From Eledone cirrhosa (Eukaryota): a DNA stretch of 64,000 nt. This document shows, in pieces, positions 13,467-27,158 of this stretch. A model generated the notes under the pieces. It searched no databases. It saw only the letters and a program-made list of their open reading frames with translations, and was not told the origin of the DNA. Where the stretch lies: positions 20,460,001 through 20,524,000 of the forward strand of contig OZ024763.1 in assembly GCA_964016885.1 (NCBI GenBank), read 5' to 3'. The translations under genes and the position numbers were made by a program. How positions within the stretch are numbered: the first letter of the stretch is position 1; every line of letters starts with the position of its first letter.

Positions 13467-15535
13467 CATCATTATCATCATCAGCATCATCACCGTTTTA
13501 CGTCCGTTCTTCCACGCTAGCATGGGTTAGACGGGTTGTCCTGTTGTGGGCAGTGTCTGGTCGGCTGACCATGCCTTGCTCATACAGGAACTGATTTGGC
13601 TTGATTTCTACAGCTGGATGCCCTTCCTAACACCAACCTCATTTACAGTGAGTGGTGGGTGCTTTTTCGTGGCGCCTAGACGTCCACTTTACAGTGTGGG
13701 CTGGGTGCTTTTACGCCGTGGCACCTCCACGACCACCTTGCGGTGGAGGGTGTGGGGGCATATTGTCTATATGCTTCAGCTTGTACCCATGGGAGGTCGG
13801 GTACTCTGTATTACTGCGTGACACCAGAAGTCACGGTCGTGTGTCATTGCCTTTGAGAGGTGTAATTGGGTAAGGTCGGCTTTTATCACCTCATCCCAGG
13901 TCATCTTGGGTCTCCCCTCTCCGCGGTTTCCATCAACTTCTAGTGCTCTGCACCTTTTTATGCAGCTGTCATCCTTCATACGCATCACATGTCCATACCA
14001 GCGTAACCGCCTCTCCTGCACACAGCATTTGATTCCTCTTATGCTCAGTCTCTCTCTCAATTCATTTATGCTTTGTCGTTCATGTATATTACTGTTACAC
14101 ATCCATCGGAGCATGCAGGCTTCGTTTCTCTTTAATCTACGTAAGTCTTCCACCTTCAGCGCCCAGGTCTCACTACCATGCAACATTGCTGTTCGAATAC
14201 ATGCATCATACAGTCTGCCTTTCATTCTGAGGCAGAAGCCTTTTGCAGCTAGCAGTGGTAGTAGTTCCCTAAACTTCTTCCATCCCGTTCTTACCCTAGT
14301 TATTGTACTTTCTGAACACCCACCTCCGCTGCTAATTCGGTCACCTAGGTAGCAGAAGCTGTCTACTGTTTCTACAGAGCCCTCCCAGAGATTGGTGGTA
14401 CTTGTTTCCTGTGGCTGTTTGCTGCTTGCTGTCTCAGCACAGCTGCTGCATGTGAAGCCTACATTCTTAATATAAGCTTCCTGAGATCCCGCTACATCTC
14501 TTGTGTACCCATTGTTTGCATTTGGGGCAGAGAATTAAGTTCCTACCTACACCTTTCCTACATACTGAGCAAGGCCATTTCCCTGAGGGGATCTGGGTTC
14601 TGTTTTCTCGTCTACTTACAAGGACCTTAGTCTTTGTCATGTTGACTTTGAGACCCTTTCTTTCTAGTCCCTGCTTCCAAGTTCGGAATTTCTTCTCTAG
14701 TTCTACCATAGATTCAGCTATGAGTGCGAGGTCATCAGCATACAGGAGTTCCCATGGGCATCCGGTCTTAAACTCCTCCGTTATTGCCTGCAGAACTGTG
14801 ATGAACAGGAGAGGGCTAAGAACAGAGCCCTGGCGGACCCCAACCTGTACGCTAAATTCCTCGCTATACTCATTGCTAATCCTAACTTTGCTGACTGCTC
14901 CCCTATATATGGCTTGTACCGCTTTCACAAGCCATTCATCTACTCCTAGTTTTCTAAGAGCCCACCAGATTACAGCACGTGGAACTCTGTCAAAGGCTTT
15001 CTCAAGGTCGACAAATGCCAAGTAGAGTGGCTTACTTTTAGCTAGGTACTTTTCCTGTAATTACCTCACAAGGAAGAGGGCATCAGTGGTGCCTCTTCCT
15101 GGTACAAACGTAAATTGCATCTCGTCTATTTTCACCCGGTCCCTAATCAACTGTGCTATAACTCTTTCATGACCTGGTCCATCAACTTTATACCTCTATA
15201 GTTTCCTCTATCTAGTGCATCGCCTTTACCTTTGTAGCAGTTGACAATGATGCTACTGCACCAATCTTTTGGTATGACACCTTCTAGTATTACCTGGTTA
15301 ACAATACGTGTGGTTATAGTATGACCTACAGACCCAGATGCCTTCAGCATCTCGGCAGCTATACCTGATGGACCGGTTGCCTTCCCCATCTTCATATCTT
15401 TGATTGCCTTACTTACTACGCTGCTGCTGACTTGTACTGCTGGTCCCTCTATAGGGTCTACTTGGGGTAGGGTCTCTTCTTCCCATGCATTCTCCTCATT
15501 TAGTAATCTATCATAATGACTCGTCCATGCATCTT
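13467..15535 (-). mobile_element. RTE-clade LINE, 5'-truncated and disrupted
   Basis: Motifs FVDLEKAFDRVP, QGSVLSP, YADD and RRLRWYGHVMR. 3' UTR ends in (GAT)n. Frameshifts present. Confidence 0.93.
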
Positions 15536-16289
15536 TGTATACACGCACACATATATATATGTACGTATGGATTCACCGAACATTTATTATAATGCTCGGT
15601 GTGTTTGTAAACAAACATCCCGTATTAAGCCGTAGTGTCCAGCAACCATCGTTTCTCGTTTGTTCAACACTGACAAAGGAACGCTGTACTAGTTGCAAGC
15701 TTATTAGCTATCGTCAGCAACGTATACCTTCCTGCCAGATTGTTGAACGTATATACTTACCTTATGCATATTAACGGCTGAGTAGCCCAATTTGCATATC
15801 GAGTGGGTTAATCGGCCAGGTGCACCGAAAATGATAAATGGTAAAAATGAAACGAAATTTCATTTCCCACTCTTAGTACGGCTGTTACTTAAATATAAGT
15901 ATGTACACGTACATACATATATGTATACAGACGTACAGTAGTATGTATATATATACATATAAGCTAATAAGCTTGAAACTAGTACAGCGTTCCTTTGTCA
16001 GTGTTGAACAAACGAGCAACGATGGTTGCTGAAATTTCGTTTCATTTTTTCCGTTTATATATATACACACAAGCAAAAATAAATGGAGAAGAAGGCAATA
16101 TATTCAAAAATAAAACGTACTCCTTTTACAGTGTTTCATCTAGGCGATATCAATATAACACTTTTATATACATGCGTGTACGTATGTATATATATTGTTA
16201 TAAGGGATATTTTCATAGAATCTTCAGAGAAGAAACATTATTGTTTTTAATGATGTTGCTGGAAGGTAGACCAATATATATAACATATA

Positions 16290-16562
16290 ATAATAATAAT
16301 GAAATTATTGTGTACAGTGCTCAGGTGCACTACAACTCATCAAAGGTGCATGTATAGTACATAGAATAATGTACAAATGTCAGGAAAATGAACAGTGTAT
16401 GAGTCATGATACAATAACAATAATGAAATATTGTGTACAGTGCCCAGGTGCACCACAACTCATCAAAAAAGTGCATGTACAGTACATAGGGCAATGCACA
16501 AACATCAGCAAAATGAACAGTGCACGAGTCATGACACACACATGTGTGCATGTGTATGGAAG
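16290..16562 (-). mobile_element. Two tandem CR1 3'-UTR fragments
   Basis: Match 49975-50125. Further fragments at 17760-17995, 23540-23850, 40170-40290 and 44205-44327. Confidence 0.8.
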
Positions 16563-16814
16563 GAATATGTATATATGTGTGTATAATAAGAGGACAACAA
16601 GGTTTCGCTGCTCGTACCGATATATAAAAGTAAATATACAAGGACGATAACTCTGTTAGGATTAAATAAAGTCAATTAAAGTCATACAGAGTGCTGTCTC
16701 TTAGTTTAAGTAGATACATACACACTTAATATGTATTGTTTTATTAACTACGCAAATATCACTGAATACATAAACAGACTCATTAACTGCTTAATGAACA
16801 CAAGCACAAGGATA

Positions 16815-17300
16815 TGGTCCGAACGTGGAAGAGCCGAACTCCCACCGTCACCGCCTCCATCTCTCTCGCCCTCCCCCATCTCTCCGTATGGTGAGCAAAT
16901 GGGGTCCCACGTGCTGGCCTCCCCACAGCCCCGGCGGACAGAATGGAGGCGTTTCCCCGGAGGATGGTAAGGGAGATGTGCTGGAAGAGCCATTCCAACT
17001 CGCACCTGCGGCTGGCCAGCTCAGTGCCTATGGTAGTGAATAGGGAGGTAGCCCTAGGGACAAGGACACCAGAAGTCTCCACTGGTAGCGGCAGCCAACT
17101 CAGGGCCTATGGTGGTGAGTAGGGAGGTAGCCCTAGGGCCAAGTACACCAGAAGTCTCCACTGCAAAGGGCACAACTGCAAACCTGTCGAAGAGCGACCG
17201 GTACTTGAAGAGTTTGACCTCCTCAGTCCAACGTGCAGTAGAACTTGGGTTAGTTGCAAACTGCACCAGGTTGCTGCTGGAGAAAGTGTCGCTGCAAATT
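16815..17300 (-). mobile_element. CRE-like non-LTR restriction-like endonuclease C-terminal fragment
   Basis: KYRSL..F.VVPFAVETSGVLGP...WLFQHISLTILRGNA. The same family is on + at 9770-10160 (GKPLVWD) and 11180-11250. Confidence 0.65.
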
Positions 17301-18019
17301 GCATATATTGTTATACTTTGGCAGAGTCATGCTGCCATTAAAAACACATGCACCTGTTGGATTTCACTTCAATTTATTACAAATTCCCAGTTTGTTGGTT
17401 CAATAACAGGATGGTTGTTTATTTATTGTCAAAGCTATTTCATCACCTCCTCTGTGACTGATTTCTTATTTTGTGAGTCACCTTTGTTCTGTCCTACACC
17501 ATTTTGTTCTATAGTGTGCCACCCTCACTCCGCAGTTCCATAGGGCGGCACCCTAGCTTCAAAGTGCCGTATTTCCCACCCTATGTCCCCATTGCCATAC
17601 TTTGCCAACCTAGCTCCATATTTCCATACTGTGTCACTGAAGCTTCACAGTTTCATAGTGTACCACCCTGGCTCCGCTGTGTCATAGTGTGGCACCCTAA
17701 CTCAAAAGTGCCGTATTTTTCCACCTGATCTCTCTATTGCCATACTGTGGAAACAACAAAAATAGTTGGAACAAACTACCTGCATCAGTTGTTAGCTGCC
17801 GAGACACTGCATCCTTTAAAACCTCCATGCTTCCTGAAATTCGCCAACACTACACCTGATATCCCCCCTCCATACACACGAACACATGTATATCATGACT
17901 CATACATTATTCACTTTCCTGACATTTGTACATTATTCCATGTACTATGCATGCACCTTTGACCAGTTGTAGTGCACCTGAGCACTGTACACAACAATAT
18001 ATATTTATATATATATATA

Positions 18020-19235
18020 CAGGGTACGGACGATATTTGTTCGCAAGATTACTGTCTAGGAAAAATAACACAGTAGTTTTATTTTTTAAGATATATTTAT
18101 CAAACTTGGGTCAGTTTGTCTTCATGACTTGTTCTTTCGATCTCACTCGATAAACCCGCCATTGGCTTTGATGACGGCCTCGGAACTGGCTACAGGCCTT
18201 CGTCACTGTCCCTCGACTTAGGCCCCTAAAAGCACTTGTGATCCTGGCCTTCAGATCGTCTTTCGTATTGCAGCTAGAACTGTTGGTGTCTCGTTCCACT
18301 GCGCCCCACACAAAGAAGTCGAGAGGGTTGCAGTCAGGCGAGCTGAGAGGCCAGATGTCAGATGAAGTGTGGTCGACGAAGTTCTCTGACAGCCAGGCTT
18401 GGGTCTTTCGGCTGGTATGGCAGGGCGCTGAGTCTTTCTGCCACACGTACGGCCTACCTGCAGCTACCTGGTCGATCCAGGGGTTTACTACCTCGCTCAG
18501 AACGCGGATGTAGCCATCGGTGTTCAGCTTGAGGCCCTCAGGGAAGAAGTGAGGTGGCATGACGTCACCTTGACTGCTGACGACACCTAAGACCAATGTT
18601 GTCGCTGGAAACTTTGTCTGCATGACTCTGGGCACGTCTTTGGATGAGACAGCGAGCCACCTGTTGTTCTGGGAGTTGATCTTCTAGTCTTGGCAGAAGT
18701 TTTTCTCGTCGGAGAAAAACCACAGCATGTCTGGCTCCACTGGGTGTTTCAACTTGTTGATCAGCTTCTTTGCGTGCTTCAGTCGATTTTCTTGCATCGC
18801 CTTTGACAGAAATTGTCCTTTCCTCATCTTGTATGAAACGTAGCGAATGTCTTCATGTACCACCAGCCCAATGAGCTTTTCATCCACGTCTATCTCATGC
18901 ATTGACTTGCTGGGTTCATTGTTGATGATATCCTGAACTTCAGCGACGAACTCGGGCGTTCTGAAGGCGTCAGATTGTCGATCATGTGTTTTCCTCTCTG
19001 ATGTTGCTTCGTAGTCGAATCCTGAATCTTCCAATTCCTTTCTGACCTTTTCCACCATTCTCCTGCTGACGCTGAGAAGGTCTGAAATTTCCTTATTTGT
19101 CCTCCCGGCGCGGATTCCAAGAACTCCGTGTCTCTTCCACAAATTTGGAGGTTCAAAATTATTCATAATCAATTATTTTGGAAATAATGGAAATATAGCA
19201 GTTGAAAATTGCGAACAAATATCGCCCACACCCTG
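18020..19235 (-). mobile_element. Tc1/mariner DD37D (maT) transposon, transposase pseudogene
   Basis: TIRs cagggt..g.cgatatttgttcgcaa with TA flanks. FFSDEKNF, QKDSAPCH and SPDCNPLD with 37-aa spacing. In-frame stop. Confidence 0.9.
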
Positions 19236-19394
<159 letters not shown>

Positions 19395-20094
19395 CACTAG
19401 AGTTGATTTAGCTACGTTCCAGTCATCCATCCATACAAATCTGGCCAGGTATTTCAGCCACCACAACACATTTATTTTGTTATCCTCATTTTCCCCTACC
19501 ATGCTGACTGTCTCTGTCTATTTTTCCATCAAAGGCTACAGGCCATCACTGGCTATTATTAATATTATTGTTGCTGTATTCTATCTGCTACTTTGCCATG
19601 CTGTATTCTATCAGTTAGTTTGTTAGCCTTGATGGCTATCCTCTCTCTCTATCTATCTATCTATCTATCTCTAAGCCACCTATTACCTCCCGTTCCCTCT
19701 TCACCCATTCCTCCTCACCCATCTTGAAGTTATTGAAGAGATAAGACACTCTACTCTGAAAGGCTAAAATGAATCACAAGAGTTGATTTAGCTACGTTCC
19801 AGTCATCCATCCATACAAATCTGGCCAGGTATTTCAGCTACCACAACACATTTATTTTGTTATCCTCATTTTCCCCTACCATGCTGACTGTCTATTTTTC
19901 CATCAAAGGTACAGGCCATGACTGGCTATTATTAATATTATTGTTGCTGGCCATGCTGTATTCTATCAGTTAGTTTGTTAGCCTTGACGGCGACCCTCTC
20001 TCTACCTCACAATTTCCATCCCACCACCATAGCCTATTCGACCAATCAAACCTCAGCATGCCATTTCTTCTACTACTACTACTACTACTACCTA

Positions 20095-22550
20095 ACTTAC
20101 TCAACGCCTACGACAGTAAAGAAGAACAGATAGAGACATTCAATGTAGAAGAGCACTGGGAGTTCCTAAAAAATAACTTACTAAAGGCGACGGATGAGGT
20201 CTGTGGCTGGAGTAAGACCACAAGCAGGAGGAGAGTGACTTGGTGGTGGAACAATAAGGTAGATGAGGCAGTTAAAGCCAAGAGACAGGCATGGAAAGAA
20301 TGGAAGAACGGGGGGAGCAGGGTACATTACATAGAGACCAAGAGGGAAGCTAGGAGGGAAGCAGAGGATAGAAAATTCAAGCATGTTTTGCAACGTGAGG
20401 ACCAGAAACAGGAGGTGTTCAAGATTGCGAGGCAGTGTGTGAGAGAGAATTGTGATGTCATTGGAGAGAAGTGTATCCAGTGCTGAGAAGAAAGATGCAT
20501 GGAAGAGTCATTATGATAGATTACTAAATGAGGAGAATGCATGGGAAGAAGAGACCTTACCCCAAGTAGACCCTATAGAGGGACCAGCAGTACAAGTCAG
20601 CAGCAGCGTAGTAAGTAAGGCAATCAAAGATATGAAGATGGGGAAGGCAACCGGTCCATCGGGTATAGCTGCCGAGATGCTGAAGGCATCTGGGTCTGTA
20701 GGTCACACTATAACCACACGTATTGTTAACCAGGTAATACTAGAAGGTGTCATACCAAAAGATTGGTGCAGTAGCATCATTGTCAACTGCTACAAAGGTA
20801 AAGGCGATGCACTAGATTGAGTAAACTATAGAGGTATAAAGTTGATGGACCAGGTCATGAAAGTAACAGAAAGAGTTATAGTTGATTAGGGACCGGGTGA
20901 AACTAGATGAGATGCAATTTGAGTTTGTACCAGGAAGAGGCACCACTGATGCCCTCTTCCTTGTCAGGCAGTTACAGGAAAAGTACCTAGCTAAAAGTAA
21001 GCCACTCTACCTGGCATTCGTCGATCTCGAGAAAGCCTTTGACAGAGTTCCACGTGCTGTAATCTGGTGGGCTCTTAGAAAACTAGAAGTAGATGAATGG
21101 CTTGTGAAAGCTGTACAAGCCATGTATAGGGGAGCAGTCAGCAAAGTTAGGATTAGCAATGAGTATAGCGAGGAATTTAGCGTACAGGTTGGGGTCCACC
21201 AGGGCTCTGTTCTTAGCCCTCTCCTGTTCATCATAGTCCTGCAGGCAATAACGGAGGAGTTTAAGACCGGATGCCCATGGGAACTCCTGTATGCTGATGA
21301 CCTCACACTTATAGCTGAATCTATGGTAGAACTAGAGAAGAAATTCCAAACTTGGAAGCAGGGACTAGAAAGAAAGGGTCTCAAAGTCAACATGACAAAG
21401 ACTAAGGTCCTTGTAAGTAGACGAGAAAACAGAACCCAGATCCCCTCAGGGAAATGGCCTTGCTCTGTATGTAGGAAAGGTGTAGGTAGGAACTCCATTC
21501 TCTGCCCCAAATGCAAACAATGGGTACACAAGAGATGTAGCGGGATCTCAGGAAGCTTAATTAAGAATGTAGGCTTCACATGCAGCAGCTGTACTGGGAC
21601 AGCAAGCAGCAAACAGCCACAGGAAACAAGTACCACCAATCTCTGGGAGGGCTCTGTAGCGACAGTAGACAGCTTCTGCTACCTAGGTGACCGAATTAGC
21701 AGCGGAGGTGGGTGTTCAGAAAGTACAATAACTAGGGTAAGAACGGGATGGAAGAAGTTCAGGGAACTACTACCACTGCTAGCTGCAAAAGGCTTCTCCC
21801 TCAAAATGAAAGGCAGACTGTATGATGCGTGTATCCGAATAGCAATTTTACATGGTAGTGAGACCTGGGCGCTGAAGGTGGAAGACTTACGTAGATTAGA
21901 GAGAAACGAAGCCTGCATGCTCCGATGGATGTGTAATAGTAATATACGCGAACGACAAAGCATAAATGAAATGAGAGAGAGACTGAGCATAAGAGGAATC
22001 AAATGCTGTGTGCAGGAGAGGCGGTTGCGTTGGTATGGACATGTGATGCGTATGAAGGATGACAGCTGCATAAAAAGATGCAGAGCACTAGAAATTGATG
22101 GAAACCGCGGAGTGGGGAGACCCAAGATGACCTGGGATGAGGTGATAAAAGCCGACCTTACCCAATTACACCTCTGAAAGGCGGATGACACACGACCGTG
22201 ACCTCTGGTGTCACGCAGTAATACAGAGTACCCGACCTCCCATGGGTACAAACTGAAGCATATAGACAATATGCCCCCACACCCTCCCACTGCAAGGTGG
22301 TCGTGGAGGTGCCACGGCAAAAAGCACCCAGCCCACACTGTAAAGTGGACGTGTAGGCGCCACGAAAAAGCACCCAGCACTCACTGTAAATGAGGTTGGT
22401 GTTAGGAAGGGCATCCAGCTGTAGAAATCAAGCCAAATCAGTTCCTGTATGAGCAAGGCATGGTCAGCCGACCAGACACTGCCCACAACAGGACAACCCG
22501 TCTAACCCATGCTAGCATGGAAGAACGTACGTAAAACGGTGATGATGATA
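20095..22550 (+). mobile_element. RTE-clade LINE of the same family, 5'-truncated
   Basis: 431-aa RT ORF at 20882-22177 with YADD, upstream fragments (WWWN motif) and a 3' UTR with a (GAT)n tail. Confidence 0.93.
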
Positions 22551-22562
22551 TATATATATATA

Positions 22563-23486
22563 TCATCATCATCATCATCATCGTTTAACGTCCGTGTTCC
22601 ATGCTTGCATGGGTTTGGACGGGAGTTTTCCCACTTGAGGCAAGAGTGGTTGTCTTACTCGCATAGGACTGTCTGGCGGGTTTTCTACAGTCGGATGCCC
22701 TTCCTAACACCAACCACATTTACAGTGTGGGGCTGGGAGGTTTTTACCGTGTTGCCTACACGGCCACATTACAGCGTGGACTGTCTGGCAGGTTTTCTAC
22801 AGCTGGATGCCCTTCCTAACACCAACCACATTTACAGTGTGGGACTGGGAGGTTTTTACCGTGTTGCCTACACGGTCACATTACAGCATGGACTGTGTTT
22901 TTTTGTCGTGACACCTACACGATCTCATTTGTTTCGGCCTGGATTTTGTGGCACCAACATAACTTTACATTGAAAGGGGCGGTGTGGATGGGGTGGGGGT
23001 GGTGGAACGGGGGTGTATTTTGTTAGAGATGCCTACTGACTGTAGTAGGTTTTACTTTGTATTTAGGTAACGCGGGTCTTCTCTATTACTGAGTACCGCC
23101 AAAGCTCTCGGTCCAGTGACATTGTCTTGGAGAGGTTTAAGTGTGTGAGGTCGGAATTTATCAGCTCGTCCCAGGTTTTTCTGGGTCTGCTTACTCCGTG
23201 GCTACCGTCTATCTTTATTGCCCTGCACTTTGCTATACAGCTGTCGTCTTTCATGCGCATCACGTGACCATACCAACGTAGCCTTCTCTCGAGTAAACAA
23301 CATCTGATCCCTCTTATTTCTAATTTTTTTTTTTTTCCTTAGTCCGTTTATGCTTTGCCGTTCGCGTATATTACTATTACACATCCAGCGGAGCATCCAA
23401 GCTTCGTTCCTCTCTAGTCTGCGTATATCCTCTGCACACAATGCCCAGGTCTCACTGCCATGCAACATTGCTGTTCGTATGCAGGC
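22563..23486 (-). mobile_element. RTE LINE 3' fragment, second subfamily
   Basis: MLHGSETWAL...WDELI...WRYSVIEKTR. Related fragments at about 39083-39670, 34647-34760, 58770-59100 and 60998-61162. Confidence 0.8.
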
Positions 23487-23664
23487 ATATATATATATAT
23501 ATATTAATACATATATGTGTGTGTGTATCTATGTATATATCATGACACTGTTCACTTTCCTGACATTTGTACATCATTCTATGTACTATACATGCACCTT
23601 TGATGAGTTGTAGTGCACCTGAGTACTGTACACAATAATTTTCATTATACACACACACACACAT

Positions 23665-23713
<49 letters not shown>

Positions 23714-24319
23714 CTGTGAGTATACCATGACTCATATACTGTACATTTTCCTGACATTTGTACAGTACATAATTCTATGTACCATATATGAACCTTTGAT
23801 GAGTTGTAGTGCACCTGAGCACTGTACACAATAATTTCACAATTATTATTAATATTATCATCATAAGAAGAAAAAATGACCATAAAAAAATTTTTAAAAA
23901 ATCACAAAAGTCACAAAGAAATAAAAAAAGAAGTGTTTGAATTTCATTTACTTAGAAAAATAATTCGCAAACAATAAAAAGAGTCACCACCAAAATAAAA
24001 AAATGTATTTATAATTTTTCATTAAAGTCCTTTAAACTGGTATTGAGATATAGTTTGTATATATAGGAATAAATCAGGGATTTTTTTTTTTACACTTTGT
24101 TTTTTCTTCATATATACATATATGTGTGTGTGTGTGTGTATAATGTGTGTGTGTCTATGTGAGTACATGTGTGGGTGAATATGTATATATACATGTGTTT
24201 GTGTATATGTGTGTGAATATGTATATATATACATACACATACATTTATTTATTTATTTATATGTATATACATACATATTTATGTTCGGATCGGAGCTCAA
24301 CCGTTGGGGTCGTGAATCT

Positions 24320-24383
<64 letters not shown>

Positions 24384-24449
24384 ATAAATATATGTATATA
24401 TAAATATATATATATGTATGTAGAAATGTATGTGTGTGCATGTGTGTAA

Positions 24450-24486
<37 letters not shown>

Positions 24487-25489
24487 TACATATGTAGACA
24501 TACAGACACACACACATATATCTATATATAGCAATCTTGCGTGGACCTTTAGAAGTTGAAATATTTCAAATCAGGAAAATGCAGTTAAAATTATTGTTTT
24601 TTTAAACAAACATTTCAGACAAATATAACCATTTGTACTAAAACCAAATTAGAGTTCCTGATAAAATTTAGAAAGTGGTAATAAACACATTATTATGCCA
24701 TTATAAAGTACCAGTAATGCACTGGGTAATTGCTGGCCTTGTGCCAAAAGTAGAAACAATTATTATGCCATTATGAATTCTAGCTTAGTGTTTCCCAACC
24801 TATAGCCTCATGGCTAAAATGTATAAGGAGGGTAAAGATCCCATAACTCCTTGTGGAGTCATGGAGGCACCGTCATATGGTGTGTCTCGGGCACTTTTAA
24901 ACCAGGTGGAGCCCAACCCTCTCCCGGTCTGAACCCAGCCGATTTTTTTCTATAGAGGACGAATCGACCCCAGTACTGGACTGGGACTTTATATATATAT
25001 ATATATCATTATGTATATATTATGTGTGTGTTTGTGTGTGTATATATATCATCATCATCATCATCATTTTTACGTCCGCTGTTCCCTGCTTGCAAGGGTG
25101 GGACGGAAACTGATTCTGATTTGATTTCTACAGCTGGATGCCCTTCCTAACATCAACCTCATTTACAGTGAGTGCTGGGTGCTTTTTTTATCCGTGGTGC
25201 CTACACGTCCACTTTACAGTGCGGACTGGGTGCTTTTTTGCCGTGGCACCTCCACGACCACTTTACAGTGGAATGATAGGGACCCCAGTCCCTATCATCT
25301 CATTTCTACAGCTGAGTAAACTGGAGCAATGTGAAATAAAGTGTCTTGCTCAAGGAAACAACACATCACCCGGTCTGAGAATTGAACTCACAACCTTTCG
25401 ACCCAATGCTCTAACCACTAAGCCATGCGCCTTCAAACATATATATATATATATATACATACATACATACCTACATACCTACATATATA

Positions 25490-26788
25490 CAGGGTGGGGC
25501 ATAATTCCTGTTACAAAGTTTTAAATCAATTTAAAAATACATTATATTGCTAATATAACTAATATATTTGTATCAAATCCATGCACTATAACCATATTAA
25601 CTATTTTTCAGAACATTACGCCATTAACAATTTGCAATGTCCATAGAATTGAAAAGAAAGTCCATAATAGAGAAGCATGATAAAGGCCTGACTCCACCCA
25701 AGATATTTAAACTGGGGAAAATTCTTAAGATCAATAGAATGTTGATCAAAAGGACAATCGATCGATTTAAGGAAACTTCCTCGACCAAAGACAGACCTCG
25801 ACCCGGACGCCCTCGCACCTCAAGAACACCAAAACTCGTTAAAAGTGTGAGGGAAAAAATAAGGCGTAATCCAAGAAGGTCCATGAGAAAAATGGCAGAA
25901 GAAGCAGAAACATCGCCGAGAACTATGCGGAGGATATGTCGAGATGATCTGGGGATGTCATCCTATAAGTTCCAAAAGAGGCATCTTCTTTCTGCAGCCA
26001 CAATTGAAAAGAGGCTCTCCAGAAGTAAACTGTTATTGAACCGTATCAAGCATGGCACGCTGCTAAACATCATCTTTACAGATGAGAATTTATTCACTGT
26101 GCAGCAGTCTCACAATCATCAAAATGATCGAGTACTTGCAAAAGGTCTCAAATTAATTCCTTCAAGTGTAGGAAAAGTATTCAGAACAGAGAAACCAGCA
26201 TCAGTGATGGTTTGGGAAGCCATTTCTGAAAGAGGGAAGTCTGATTTTTGTGCCTCAAGGAGTTAAAATTAACAAAGAACTTTACATAAAGGATATTTTG
26301 GAAGGAACACTGATGCCATGGTGCACATCTGTTTATGGCGATGACATTTGGACTCTCCAACAATATGGAGCGACGAGCCACACTGCTCGCGTAACACAAC
26401 AGTGGAGTAGAGACCATTGTCCTGCATGGATCAGTAAAGAAGAGTGGCCTCCCACATCATCAGATCTCAACCCTCTCGATTTTTCTTTATGGTCAATTCT
26501 TGAGAGTGAAGCCTGCTCTACTCCTAGCCAAAATATTGAAACTCTAAAATCAAAACTGAATAAAGTATGGGAGAAAATACCCATGGAAACTGTTCGTGCA
26601 GCCATCGAAAACTTTCCTAGAAGTCTTCGAGCAGTAGTGAGAACTAGAGGAAAGCATTTCGAATAAATTTTTGTGCAGTTGTTTAATAGTATATTACTTA
26701 CTATTTGTTGAAGTCAGATCTTGAAATAAATGTTTTTTTCAAGAACTATTTGCATTTTATTTTGTAATAGTTTTTATGCCCCACCCTG
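25490..26788 (+). mobile_element. Second DD37D (maT) transposon family, frameshifted
   Basis: TIRs cagggtggggcataa with TA flanks. IFTDEN, QQ(D>Y)GATSH and SSDLNPLD with 37-aa spacing. Confidence 0.9.
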
Positions 26789-26967
26789 TATATATATATA
26801 AATATCTATATATATCTATATGTACATATATATATATATGTACATAAATGTAGAAGTTCTATTTAAATTGTTGGGATACAACAAGCAAATATTTTTATAA
26901 CTGATATAAAGCACTCAACAAATTATTGGAGTAAAAATACGATATATTAACAAATGGAAACTATATT

Positions 26968-27032
26968 TATTTCATTATACATATTTCAAGGACACCAAGT
27001 TGAATTATGGTGTGCTTTCATCAGATAAAATA
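26968..27032 (-). ncRNA. Type I hammerhead ribozyme (family B, inverted partner)
   Basis: Near reverse complement of 27094-27158. Confidence 0.7.
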
Positions 27033-27093
27033 TAATATAGATCAGTTTTATAAATAAATATTGACATACCCTTAAAGAATGCGACCATTTCTA

Positions 27094-27158
27094 TATTTTA
27101 TCTGATGAAAGTACACCATAATTTAACTTGGTGTCCTTGAAATATGTATAATGAAATA
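27094..27158 (+). ncRNA. Type I hammerhead ribozyme (family B)
   Basis: tattttat-CTGATGA-aagtacacc...ggtgtcctt-GAA atatgtat A-atgaaata. It has an 8-bp stem I, a palindromic stem III and an AUA site. Confidence 0.7.

Noticed and set aside
21293-21300. CTGATGA in the RTE (also at 60063)
   Set aside because: At 21293 it encodes the YADD motif. Neither site has a stem II, a properly placed GAAA or a stem I.
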